From Ktedonobacterales bacterium (lineage in GTDB: Bacteria; Chloroflexota; Ktedonobacteria; Ktedonobacterales; JADMIN01), in NCBI GenBank assembly GCA_030167145.1, contig CP126532.1, positions 900,001-932,000 on the forward strand: 32,000 nt of DNA. Direction: 5' to 3'. The position numbers and the translations under genes were made by a program. Positions 1-7,765 of the stretch are shown here, piece after piece (within the stretch, counting starts at the first letter, position 1; each line of letters starts with the position of its first letter). The notes under the pieces were generated by a model. That model was not told where the DNA came from and ran no database searches. It saw only the letters and a list, made by a program, of their open reading frames with translations.

Positions 1-126
1 AATGTGTTTTGGGGTGATGAGAATCCGGCTTCAAACTATATGCAGGGCGCGATTCAGACGCAGGGTTCGCAGGATGACGTGATGCGCCTGGACGCGATGG
101 CGATGTTCATCTATCTTGGCCAGTGA
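1..126 (+). CDS. 3' end of an unidentified protein-coding gene (partial; start lies outside the window)
   Basis: Frame 1 is open from base 1 and reads NVFWGDENPASNYMQGAIQTQGSQDDVMRLDAMAMFIYLGQ, ending at TGA 124-126. Third-position GC bias matches neighbouring genes. No family can be recognised from 41 residues. Confidence 0.4.
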   Translation, partial: NVFWGDENPASNYMQGAIQTQGSQDDVMRLDAMAMFIYLGQ

Positions 127-191
127 GCTATCTCGGCCAGTGAGCTATCTCGGCCAGTGAGCTATCTCGGCCAGTGAGCTATCTCGGCCAG
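111..191. repeat. 17-bp tandem repeat, about 4.8 copies (unit ctatctYggccagtgag)
   Basis: Copies lie at 111-127 (t at 117), 128-144, 145-161 and 162-178 (the last three identical), with a partial copy at 179-191. The first copy contains the last four codons and the stop codon of the upstream CDS. Confidence 0.95.
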
Positions 192-351
192 GGAGCGCGT
201 TCAGCAGAGTGCCTACGCAATCCAACCCTCTCTAGCCATAGGCGCTTTTCCCGTATACATCAACGACCGCTTCTGTCATACTCGCACAGAACTCTCCATC
301 AGCCCGTTCATGCGCGGGCGATAGTCGGAGGATCTGAGTGGGAGGATAGCA

Positions 352-1680
352 GTGCGGTTAACGAGCGAACAGGTGCTGGCGCTGGCTCCTGATGCCAGTT
401 CCGCCGCCGCTGGAAAGAAGCAGGCCAATCCGCGCGTCTGGCGCAACCTGGGCCAGAACGAGCATGCCGCCTGGGGCGAGTGCCAGGGCAGCGCGGTGTA
501 TCAGGTGCGCGTGGAGCTAGAGACCTTCACGGTGAAATGTACCTGCCCCAGCCATAAGTTCCCTTGCAAGCACGGCCTCGGCCTGCTGCTGCTGGCCGCC
601 GATGGCAAGACTGTGCCCGCAGCGGAGCCGCCCGAATGGGTCGCCTCGTGGCTGGCCAAGCGCGCCGCGACCGAAAGCGCCAAACGCGAAAAAGTGGCGG
701 AATCGGCGAAAGCGGCAGACGACGCGCCTACCAAAGAGCAGCTCAAGCGGATCGAGAAGCGCGAAAATCTTGTCGCGCACGGCCTGGATGCGCTGGACCT
801 CTGGCTTAGCGATTTGATGCGCAATGGGCTTGCGGGACTCGAAGGGCAGCCCGTCACTTTTTGGGAGCGGCAGGCCGCGCAGATGGTGGATAGCCAGGCC
901 CAAGGTATCGCGGGCCGGATTCGTAGCATGGCGGAAATTCCCGGCTCCGTTCCGGACTGGCCCGCGAAGCTGCTCGGCCAGCTTGGCCGCCTCGCGCTGC
1001 TCAGCCACAGCTACCGCCGTGGTGATGCGCTGGACCCCGCGCTGCGCGAAGATGTGCGCCAACTGACCGGCTGGACGCTCAAAGAGGACGAGGTTACGGC
1101 GCGCGGCGAGACCGTGACCGATGACTGGCTGCTGCTGGGCCAGCACATTGAGGACGAAGAGCGGGGCAAGGCGCAGCGCACCTGGCTGCTCGGCGTGCAG
1201 AGCCTTCGCCCGGCGTTGATCCTCCAGTTCTCGTTCATGAACCAGCCGCTCAAGGAGATGCTGGCGCCGGGTATCCGGCAGCATGGCGATCTCAGCTTCT
1301 GGCCGGGGGCAGCGCCGTTGCGCGCGCACTTCTCCGCACGCTCCGCTGATACCGCTCCCATTAGCGCGTTGCCCGGCCATGAGAGCATCGAGGTGTTTCT
1401 GGGCAGCGCCGCTGCCCTGCTGGCGCGCCAGCCCTGGCACGAGCGCTTTTTGTGTTCCCTGCGCAACGTTACCCCCATCTACGACATCACGCGCGACCGC
1501 TGGCACATCCGCGACTCAACCGGCGCGGCCTTACCGCTGCGCTCCGGCGGCCACTGGCGCTTGCTCGCCATATCTGGCGGCGCGCCCGTGGATTTCGCGG
1601 GCGAATGGGATGGCGAAACGCTGCTTCCCCTGGGTGCGTTGGCCGCGAACGAGTATTACCTGCTAGGGCAAGGAGCCTGA
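352..1680 (+). CDS. SWIM zinc-finger family protein (YehQ-like), first gene of the five-gene module
   Basis: GTG start at 352, 6 nt after GGAGG (341-345). SWIM CxCx(n)CxH signature VKCTCPSHKFPCKHGLG. The N-terminus EQVLALAPDASSAAAGKK is typical, as I recall, of SWIM proteins encoded next to DUF5691 and AAA genes. Confidence 0.85.
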   Translation: MRLTSEQVLALAPDASSAAAGKKQANPRVWRNLGQNEHAAWGECQGSAVYQVRVELETFTVKCTCPSHKFPCKHGLGLLLLAADGKTVPAAEPPEWVASWLAKRAATESAKREKVAESAKAADDAPTKEQLKRIEKRENLVAHGLDALDLWLSDLMRNGLAGLEGQPVTFWERQAAQMVDSQAQGIAGRIRSMAEIPGSVPDWPAKLLGQLGRLALLSHSYRRGDALDPALREDVRQLTGWTLKEDEVTARGETVTDDWLLLGQHIEDEERGKAQRTWLLGVQSLRPALILQFSFMNQPLKEMLAPGIRQHGDLSFWPGAAPLRAHFSARSADTAPISALPGHESIEVFLGSAAALLARQPWHERFLCSLRNVTPIYDITRDRWHIRDSTGAALPLRSGGHWRLLAISGGAPVDFAGEWDGETLLPLGALAANEYYLLGQGA

Positions 1681-1683
1681 ATC

Positions 1684-3249
1684 ATGCACGATCTGCTCAC
1701 GACGGCTCTGGTCGGCACGGCCCAGGCGGGAGCCGTCAGCCCAACCACTGATACCGAAGTTGATACACTAACCGAACAATTACCAGCAGATGACGCCGAG
1801 CGCAGGCTGCTGCTCACCGCTGGCGCGGCTGCAATGTATGCGCTCGCGGGCTACGTGCCCGAAATGCTGGCCGCGACTCCCGAACCCGCTTCGGCTGAGA
1901 CGCTGCCAGCATGCTCACCTGGCACGACAGTGCTACTTCGCGACCTACTCGCCAACCGTCAAGGCGTCCTGCTGCCAGAGGCGCTGGCGCGTCTGCAAAA
2001 TGCCGGGCTGCGCCTGCCGCCCGACCTGCTGCCGCTGGCGCTGGACGTGCGCGAACCAGCGTCACGCGGCGCACTCATCCCCGTGCTAGGCGAGCGTGGC
2101 CGCTGGCTCAGCCAGTTCAATCCGGCGTGGTCGTGGGCGCGGGATGCGCTGACCACCGGCGAAGCGAATATGCCCGCTGCGGCTGAGACCGTCTGGCAGG
2201 AGGGCACACCTGGCCAGCGCCACGAACTGCTCAAGCTGCTGCGCGCCACCGATCCCGCGAAAGCGCGCGACTGGCTGCAAGCCGCCTGGAAGCAAGAGAA
2301 AGCCGATGTGCGACGCGAATTCCTCTCCGCGCTCAGTATCAACCTTGGCCCCGATGACGAGGCATTCCTCGAAACGGCGCTGGATGACCGTTCCACCACG
2401 GTCCGCGACACCGCCGCCAATCTGCTGATGCGGTTGCCTACCTCAGCCTTCATCGCGCGGATGATCGCCCGTGCTGATCCGCTGCTCAGCTACGCCGATG
2501 GCGCGCTCGACGTGGAGATCCCGTCCAGCCTCGATCCCGCCGCCAGTCGCGACGGCGTCCCCGGCGATTCGCTGAATGATGCCGGTCACCGCGTCGGCCT
2601 GCTGATCTATCTGTTGGGCCACGTGCCACCCGTACACTGGCAGGAGCGCTTCAGCCTCGATCCCGCCGCCTTTGTGGCTGCCGTAGAGAACTCCCTCTGG
2701 CCGCTAGAAGCCTTGGAAGGCCTGGCCCGTGCCGCCGCGCTGTTTGACGACCAGGAGTGGGCGCTGCCACTGTGGCGCTACTGGTCCGCGCCGCGCAAGG
2801 CCGACACCGAGCGCCAGGTTGAGCTGCTCGGCGAGCTACCGTTATTGCTCGCGCCGCACGTGCCGCACGCCGAATGGGAAGCATGGGCGCTGCATATGCT
2901 GGCGGAGGCGAGCGATGACCAGCGCGAACTGTATGGCGACATCTTCGCGTGGTCTCCGAGCCAGTGGAGCCGCGACTTTGGCGACGGCTATCTCGCCGCG
3001 CTACGCGCGTTCATCGCTGGCCTCAATAAGAAATCGAAGAGCGCTGAGCCGTGGGATGACACGCTCGAATCTGCCGCGCTGGCGCTGCCGCCGGAGTGCT
3101 TCGCCGCCGCGCTTGCGTCCTTCGATCTGCCCGAAGACAACACCACCTGGCAGATCCAGAACTTCCGCCGCCAGCTCGATGCGTTTGCCGATACCATCCG
3201 CGTCCGCCAGCGCATCTACGACGAGATTCCAGTCGCAGATGTCCGCTAA
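1684..3249 (+). CDS. DUF5691-like protein (helical-repeat protein of the SWIM/AAA/VWA module)
   Basis: ATG lies 3 nt after the SWIM stop and is preceded by AAGGAG. The product is 521 aa, Leu/Ala-rich and looks like a helical repeat protein. The N-terminus MHDLLTTALVGTAQAG and the position after the SWIM gene match my recollection of DUF5691 proteins. The family call rests on memory, not a search. Confidence 0.65.
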   Translation: MHDLLTTALVGTAQAGAVSPTTDTEVDTLTEQLPADDAERRLLLTAGAAAMYALAGYVPEMLAATPEPASAETLPACSPGTTVLLRDLLANRQGVLLPEALARLQNAGLRLPPDLLPLALDVREPASRGALIPVLGERGRWLSQFNPAWSWARDALTTGEANMPAAAETVWQEGTPGQRHELLKLLRATDPAKARDWLQAAWKQEKADVRREFLSALSINLGPDDEAFLETALDDRSTTVRDTAANLLMRLPTSAFIARMIARADPLLSYADGALDVEIPSSLDPAASRDGVPGDSLNDAGHRVGLLIYLLGHVPPVHWQERFSLDPAAFVAAVENSLWPLEALEGLARAAALFDDQEWALPLWRYWSAPRKADTERQVELLGELPLLLAPHVPHAEWEAWALHMLAEASDDQRELYGDIFAWSPSQWSRDFGDGYLAALRAFIAGLNKKSKSAEPWDDTLESAALALPPECFAAALASFDLPEDNTTWQIQNFRRQLDAFADTIRVRQRIYDEIPVADVR

Positions 3250-3274
3250 AGAAGATGGGAAGAGGGGAGTGAAA

Positions 3275-3835
3275 ATGAATGACCTCACCGAGCTAGCCGA
3301 GCTAATCCGCGCAAGAAATGCCATAGACACACTCATCGCGCGGCGCGTTGGCCGCCCAGCGCATATCGGCCATGTCGGCGAATTTCTTGCCTGCGCCATC
3401 TTCAATATCCAACTGGAAGAATCCGCCACAGCCAGGGCAATTGATGGGCGTTTTGTAGATGGCCCGCTCGCCGGACGCACCGTCAATGTTAAATGGTTCA
3501 CTAAGCACGATGGTCTGCTGGACATCAACGAGGATACGAGCCTCGATTACTATCTCGTGTTTAAAGGGCCCAAAACACCGCCAGCCTCATCTCGCGGAGC
3601 CATTGCGCCGTGGGTCATCGAGTATGTCTTCCTCCTCGACGCTCAGCAGTTGTTGGAGAATCTGCGCTGTCGAAATGTCAAAATCCAGCGACACGGTGCT
3701 ACTGGCATCGCCAGCGCGCTATGGGAGCAAGCCGAGATTTACCCGGTCCAACGCAACATAACGTTGATGCTCACGGAGACTCAGCGCGCTCAGCTCGCCC
3801 TGTTTAGTTTGACTATCCCAAAGGCTGGCACATGA
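3275..3835 (+). CDS. Hypothetical 186-aa protein inserted into the module; unassigned family, possible nuclease-like fold
   Basis: The ATG at 3275 is preceded by AGGGGAG (3263-3269). The upstream part of track ORF 2729-3835 overlaps the DUF5691 gene in another frame and was trimmed. G+C is visibly lower than in the flanking genes. The segment HIGHVGEFLACAIF...AIDGRF...TVNVKW loosely resembles an E...D...xK nuclease-type core, but this is unverified. Confidence 0.65.
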   Translation: MNDLTELAELIRARNAIDTLIARRVGRPAHIGHVGEFLACAIFNIQLEESATARAIDGRFVDGPLAGRTVNVKWFTKHDGLLDINEDTSLDYYLVFKGPKTPPASSRGAIAPWVIEYVFLLDAQQLLENLRCRNVKIQRHGATGIASALWEQAEIYPVQRNITLMLTETQRAQLALFSLTIPKAGT

Positions 3836-4310
3836 TGAACATTTACGTATTTCGTCAACTCCGGCCACTCCGGCCACTCGTGGGGCAGACAGTTCCGTCT
3901 TCCCGCACACGAGGTGCGCAAAATCGGCCACTCCGGCCACTGCTCGCAGGCGCAAGTCGAAAAATCGGCAGAATCGGCAACTGTCCTCATGCATGCAACA
4001 CCAAACTGTGGCGAAAACGGCGAAAAATCTCCCCCCACTTCTCGTCGTCTCCGACCATCTACCGTCATTTACTCCCCATGCACCCACAAAAAACGGCCAT
4101 ATCGGCCACTTCGCTCACCGGACAATTCTATGTTCGGCTACTGCCGAAGGTTGTAATCGCGGCGAAAACGGCGAAAATTCCACGGACAAATACGGCTATT
4201 CACAGTCACATCACCCCATACGCCCAGCAAATATCGGCCATATCGGCCAGTGACCACACTCGCTAGTCAGAGCAGAAAGGAGCGCGACGTTCTGTCGCGA
4301 CAGACAACCC
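3836..4310 (+). other. 475-nt C-rich, G-poor non-coding spacer inside the operon (candidate rut-like region, ncRNA or protein-binding array)
   Basis: No convincing CDS is present. Three plus-strand ORFs and two minus-strand ORFs overlap here because stop codons are scarce. A hand count of 4021-4260 gives C=85, G=41 of 240 nt, about 52% G+C, clearly lower than the flanking genes by eye. Confidence 0.5.
3861..4250. repeat. Array of seven 9+9-nt direct-repeat dimers in two sequence classes
   Basis: The sites are: 3861-3878 ccggccact x2; 3924-3941 tcggccact/ccggccact; 3963-3980 aatcggcag/aatcggcaa; 4010-4027 ggcgaaaac/ggcgaaaaa; 4094-4111 cggccatat/cggccactt; 4161-4178 ggcgaaaac/ggcgaaaat; 4233-4250 atcggccat/atcggccag. 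Spacing between sites is irregular, 39-84 nt. Confidence 0.85.
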
Positions 4311-5441
4311 ATGACCAACCAGAAGAAAGCGCCCGCCACCGTCATCGCCGATGCGCCCGCCCTCGAAAGCGTACTGCGGCAGCATGCCGAGCAGCAGTTC
4401 GCCGAAGAGTTGGCAGAACTGGTGAAGATTGACGACCGCCAGCGCCCACCCAACTGGAAGCTCTCGCCCTGGGCCGTGCGCGCCTACCTGCTCGGCGGCA
4501 AGCTCCCCAATGGCTTCACTGTCAGCCCCAAGTATATCGGCAACGCGCGGCTGATCGAGATTGCCGTTGCCACCCTCGCCACTGACCGCGCCCTGCTGCT
4601 CTACGGCGTTCCGGGGACCGCAAAATCGTGGACAAGCGAGCATCTCGCCGCCGCGATCACCGGCGACTCGACGCTGATGATTCAGGGCACGGCAGGCACC
4701 GATGAAGCGGCGATCCGCTATGGCTGGAACTACGCGCGGCTGCTGGTTGAGGGGCCGTCGCCCGCCGCGCTGGTCGTCAGCCCGATGATGCAGGCCATGC
4801 AATCGGGCAATATCGCACGCATCGAAGAACTGACCCGCATCCCCGCCGAGGTGCAGGACACGCTGATCACCATCCTCTCCGAAAAGACGCTGCCCGTGCC
4901 GGAGCTTGGCATGGAGGTGCAGGCGCGCAAAGGCTTCAACGTCATCGCCACAGCCAATAACCGCGACAAAGGCGTGAACGAACTATCCAGCGCGCTCACC
5001 CGCCGCTTCAATACCGTGGTTCTGCCCACACCGGCGACGATGGACGAGGAGATAGACATCGTCGAGCGGCGCGTCGCCAGCCTGGGCCGCGCGCTGGAAC
5101 TGCCCGCTGAGAAGCCCGCGCTCGAAGAGATCCGCCGCGTCGTCACGGTCTTCCGCGAACTGCGCGCGGGCGTCACCGAGGACGGCAAGACCAAGGTCAA
5201 GTCGCCCAGCGGCACGCTCTCCACCGCGGAAGCCATCTCGGTGATGACCAACGGCCTGACGATGGCGGCGTACTACGGCGATGGACTGCTACACGCGGGC
5301 GACCTCGCCGCCGGTCTCACCGGCGCGATCATCAAAGATCCGGTGCAGGATCGCGTTGTGTGGCTGGAATATCTGCAAACCGTGGTCAAAGAGCGCGACG
5401 GCTGGAAAGACCTCTACCGGGCGTGCCATGAGGTGCTGTAG
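4311..5441 (+). CDS. MoxR-class (AAA_5-type) AAA+ ATPase, YehL-like
   Basis: Walker A LLLYGVPGTAKSW, a Walker B-like IARIEELTR segment, and ATANNRDKGVNELSSALTRRF (sensor/Arg region). There is no in-frame start codon between the stop at 4251-4253 and the ATG at 4311. Confidence 0.9.
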   Translation: MTNQKKAPATVIADAPALESVLRQHAEQQFAEELAELVKIDDRQRPPNWKLSPWAVRAYLLGGKLPNGFTVSPKYIGNARLIEIAVATLATDRALLLYGVPGTAKSWTSEHLAAAITGDSTLMIQGTAGTDEAAIRYGWNYARLLVEGPSPAALVVSPMMQAMQSGNIARIEELTRIPAEVQDTLITILSEKTLPVPELGMEVQARKGFNVIATANNRDKGVNELSSALTRRFNTVVLPTPATMDEEIDIVERRVASLGRALELPAEKPALEEIRRVVTVFRELRAGVTEDGKTKVKSPSGTLSTAEAISVMTNGLTMAAYYGDGLLHAGDLAAGLTGAIIKDPVQDRVVWLEYLQTVVKERDGWKDLYRACHEVL

Positions 5442-5443
5442 CA

Positions 5444-7765
5444 ATGAGCGTTCATATTTTCGGCGTCCGGCACCACGGCCCCGGCTGCGCCCGCGCCCTG
5501 CGCGCAGCGCTTGAGGCGCTTCAGCCGGATATCCTTCTCGTCGAAGGGCCGCCCGACGCAGAGGGCGCGCTACCGCTGCTGACACACGAGGCGATGAAGC
5601 CGCCGGTTGCGCTGCTGATCTACGTTCCTGACCAGCCTAGCCGCGCCGTCTTCTATCCGTTCACCACCTTCTCACCGGAATGGCAGGCGCTCGGCTATGC
5701 GCTGGGCCGGGGCATTCCCGCGCGCTTCATGGATCTACCGCAGGCAATCCAGCTTGCGCGCGAGCCGGTCGCGGAGGAGCAGGCTACGCCGCCCGCCGAT
5801 GATTTGCCCGCCGCCGCCGATAGCGGACACCCGCACAGCGCGCCCACGGACGAGAAACCGGCCATATCGGCCACTGCTACCCCGCCGCCGGACCCACTGG
5901 CGATGCTCGCCGAAGCCGCTGGCTACGACGACCACGAACTCTGGTGGGAGCAGCAGATCGAGCAGCGCCGCGACTCCACCGGCGTCTTCGAGGGCATCTT
6001 CGAGGCGATGAGCGCCCTGCGCGCCGACCTCACCCCGCGCGACGACGAAGAGGCGCAGCGCGAGGCTCACATGCGCAGCAGCATTCGCGCCGCCGAAGGC
6101 GAGGGATTCGCGCGTATTGCCGTCGTCTGTGGCGCGTGGCATGCCCCGGCGCTGGCCCAGCGCGACGACGCGAAGGCCGACACGGCACTGTTCGCCAAGC
6201 TCAAGCGCGTCAAAGTCGAGACGACCTGGATTCCCTGGACCAACTCGCGCCTGGCCTATCGCAGTGGCTACGGCGCGGGCATCACCTCGCCGGGCTGGTA
6301 CGGCCACCTGTGGGCCGCGCCTGACCGTGTGCCCATCCGCTGGGCGACCCAGGCGGCGCAACTGCTGCGCGGCGAAGGGCTGGACGCCTCATCGGCCAGC
6401 GTGATCGAGACGGTGCGGCTGAGCGAGGCGCTGGCGGCGATGCGTGGGCTGCCGATGCCGGGCATGGCTGAGATGCGCGAGGCAATCCAGACGGTGCTCT
6501 GCCACGGCGAAACGGCACCGATGCAACTGATTCGCGATAAGCTGGAGATCGGCGAGGCGATGGGCGAAGTACCGCCAGAGGCACCCGCCGTGCCGCTGCA
6601 ACGTGACCTCGACGCGCAGGCGCGGCGGCTCACACTGAAGCTCACCGCCGAAATCAAGGACTACGACCTGGACCTCCGCAAAGACACCGACCGCGTACGC
6701 AGCCAGTTGCTGCACCGGCTGGGAATGCTGGGCATTGGTTGGGGAGAAGAACAGCACACCTACGGCAAGCTCGGCACATTCCACGAGAAGTGGCGACTTC
6801 AATGGCAGCCCGAATTCGCTGTCGCGCTGATCGAGGCGAATATCTGGGGCAATACCGTCGCGTCGGCAGCCGCCGCGCGCACGCGCCAGCTTGCCACCGT
6901 CGCGCCCGATCTGCCCGCGCTCACGGCGCTGCTGGAGCGCGCACTGCCCGCCGATCTGCCCGATGCCTTGGAGGATTTGCTTGAACGGGTACGCGACCGC
7001 GCCGCCGTCTCCAGCGATGTGCGCCACCTGATGGACGCGCTGCCGCCGCTGGCGCGTATCGTCCGCTATGGCGACGTGCGCGGCACCAAGGCCGAGCGCG
7101 TTACGCCGGTGATAGACGCGCTGTTCGAGCGGGCGCTGGTTGGGCTGCCCGGCGCGTGCCTCTCGCTCGACGACGACGCGGCGACGGCGATGGTCACGAG
7201 CATAGACAACGTGCAGGAGACCGTGAGCATGCTCAATCGCGATGACCAGCGCGCGCCCTGGCTCGCCACGCTGCGCCTGCTGGTAGACCGCGATGGGGTG
7301 CATGGGCTGGTGCGCGGACGCTGCTGCCGCCTGCTGCTGGAGATGCGTGCGCTGGCAAGCGAAGAACTGCGGCGGCTCGCCGGTCTGGCGTTCTCGCCGG
7401 TCAATCCGCCTGAGCAGGCCGTCGATTGGATTGAAGGGGTGCTGCGCGGTCCCGGCCTGAAGCTGTTGCAACAGGATGACCTCTGGCGCGCGCTCGACGC
7501 CTGGCTCGCTAACCTCGCGCCCGATATCTTCGTCACGCTGCTGCCACTGTTGCGCCGCGCGTTCTCTGGCTTCTCCGCGCCGGAGCGTCGCCAGATGGGC
7601 GAGAAGGTCAAGCTTCTCAGCGTAGAGGAAGCCGCAGGGACGCTGGGTGTGCGACCGTCTGGCGAAGGCGGTGCTACACACGGGCCGATTGCACAAGAGC
7701 GTGCGAATACCGTGCTGCCCGTGCTGGCGCAGATTTTGGGGGTGAACTATGAACCCGGCAACTGA
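5444..7765 (+). CDS. DUF5682-like large protein, YehM-like
   Basis: ATG lies 2 nt after the AAA stop. The product is 773 aa. The N-terminus MSVHIFGVRHHGPGCARALRAALEALQPDILLVEGPPD matches my recollection of DUF5682 and YehM-type proteins. A low-complexity Pro/Ala linker is present (about 5750-5900). Confidence 0.8.
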   Translation: MSVHIFGVRHHGPGCARALRAALEALQPDILLVEGPPDAEGALPLLTHEAMKPPVALLIYVPDQPSRAVFYPFTTFSPEWQALGYALGRGIPARFMDLPQAIQLAREPVAEEQATPPADDLPAAADSGHPHSAPTDEKPAISATATPPPDPLAMLAEAAGYDDHELWWEQQIEQRRDSTGVFEGIFEAMSALRADLTPRDDEEAQREAHMRSSIRAAEGEGFARIAVVCGAWHAPALAQRDDAKADTALFAKLKRVKVETTWIPWTNSRLAYRSGYGAGITSPGWYGHLWAAPDRVPIRWATQAAQLLRGEGLDASSASVIETVRLSEALAAMRGLPMPGMAEMREAIQTVLCHGETAPMQLIRDKLEIGEAMGEVPPEAPAVPLQRDLDAQARRLTLKLTAEIKDYDLDLRKDTDRVRSQLLHRLGMLGIGWGEEQHTYGKLGTFHEKWRLQWQPEFAVALIEANIWGNTVASAAAARTRQLATVAPDLPALTALLERALPADLPDALEDLLERVRDRAAVSSDVRHLMDALPPLARIVRYGDVRGTKAERVTPVIDALFERALVGLPGACLSLDDDAATAMVTSIDNVQETVSMLNRDDQRAPWLATLRLLVDRDGVHGLVRGRCCRLLLEMRALASEELRRLAGLAFSPVNPPEQAVDWIEGVLRGPGLKLLQQDDLWRALDAWLANLAPDIFVTLLPLLRRAFSGFSAPERRQMGEKVKLLSVEEAAGTLGVRPSGEGGATHGPIAQERANTVLPVLAQILGVNYEPGN

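Noticed and set aside
517-1506. Long antisense or off-frame ORFs overlapping annotated genes, for example 517-1506(-), 6389-7840(-), 10190-11155(+), 15904-17013(+), 19995-20756(-), 25855-27087(-), 29981-31054(-) and 30891-31925(-)
   Set aside because: These are typical shadow ORFs of high-GC DNA. Their translations are Arg/Ala/Pro/Gly-rich and low-complexity, and each lies opposite a gene with clear family motifs.
3861-4250. Possible CRISPR array
   Set aside because: The repeats are only 9 nt long and occur as adjacent dimers. Spacing is irregular (39-84 nt), two unrelated repeat classes alternate, and no cas genes are present in the window.
3832-4266. 144-codon ORF (MMNIYVFRQLRPLRPL...) starting with an ATGA overlap on the stop of the small gene and spanning the whole spacer
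   Set aside because: Two other plus-strand ORFs and two minus-strand ORFs overlap it, so openness reflects stop-codon depletion rather than coding. The product is extremely basic and low-complexity with no recognisable fold, third-position GC is much lower than in real genes here, and the 9-nt repeats fall in different reading phases relative to each other. It is kept as a possibility only in the would_refute field of the array finding.
3250-4310. Mobile element (IS or MITE) as the explanation for the insertion in the operon
   Set aside because: No transposase or integrase is present. I could not find terminal inverted repeats or a target-site duplication at the boundaries by eye. This remains untested, because a computational TIR search was not possible.
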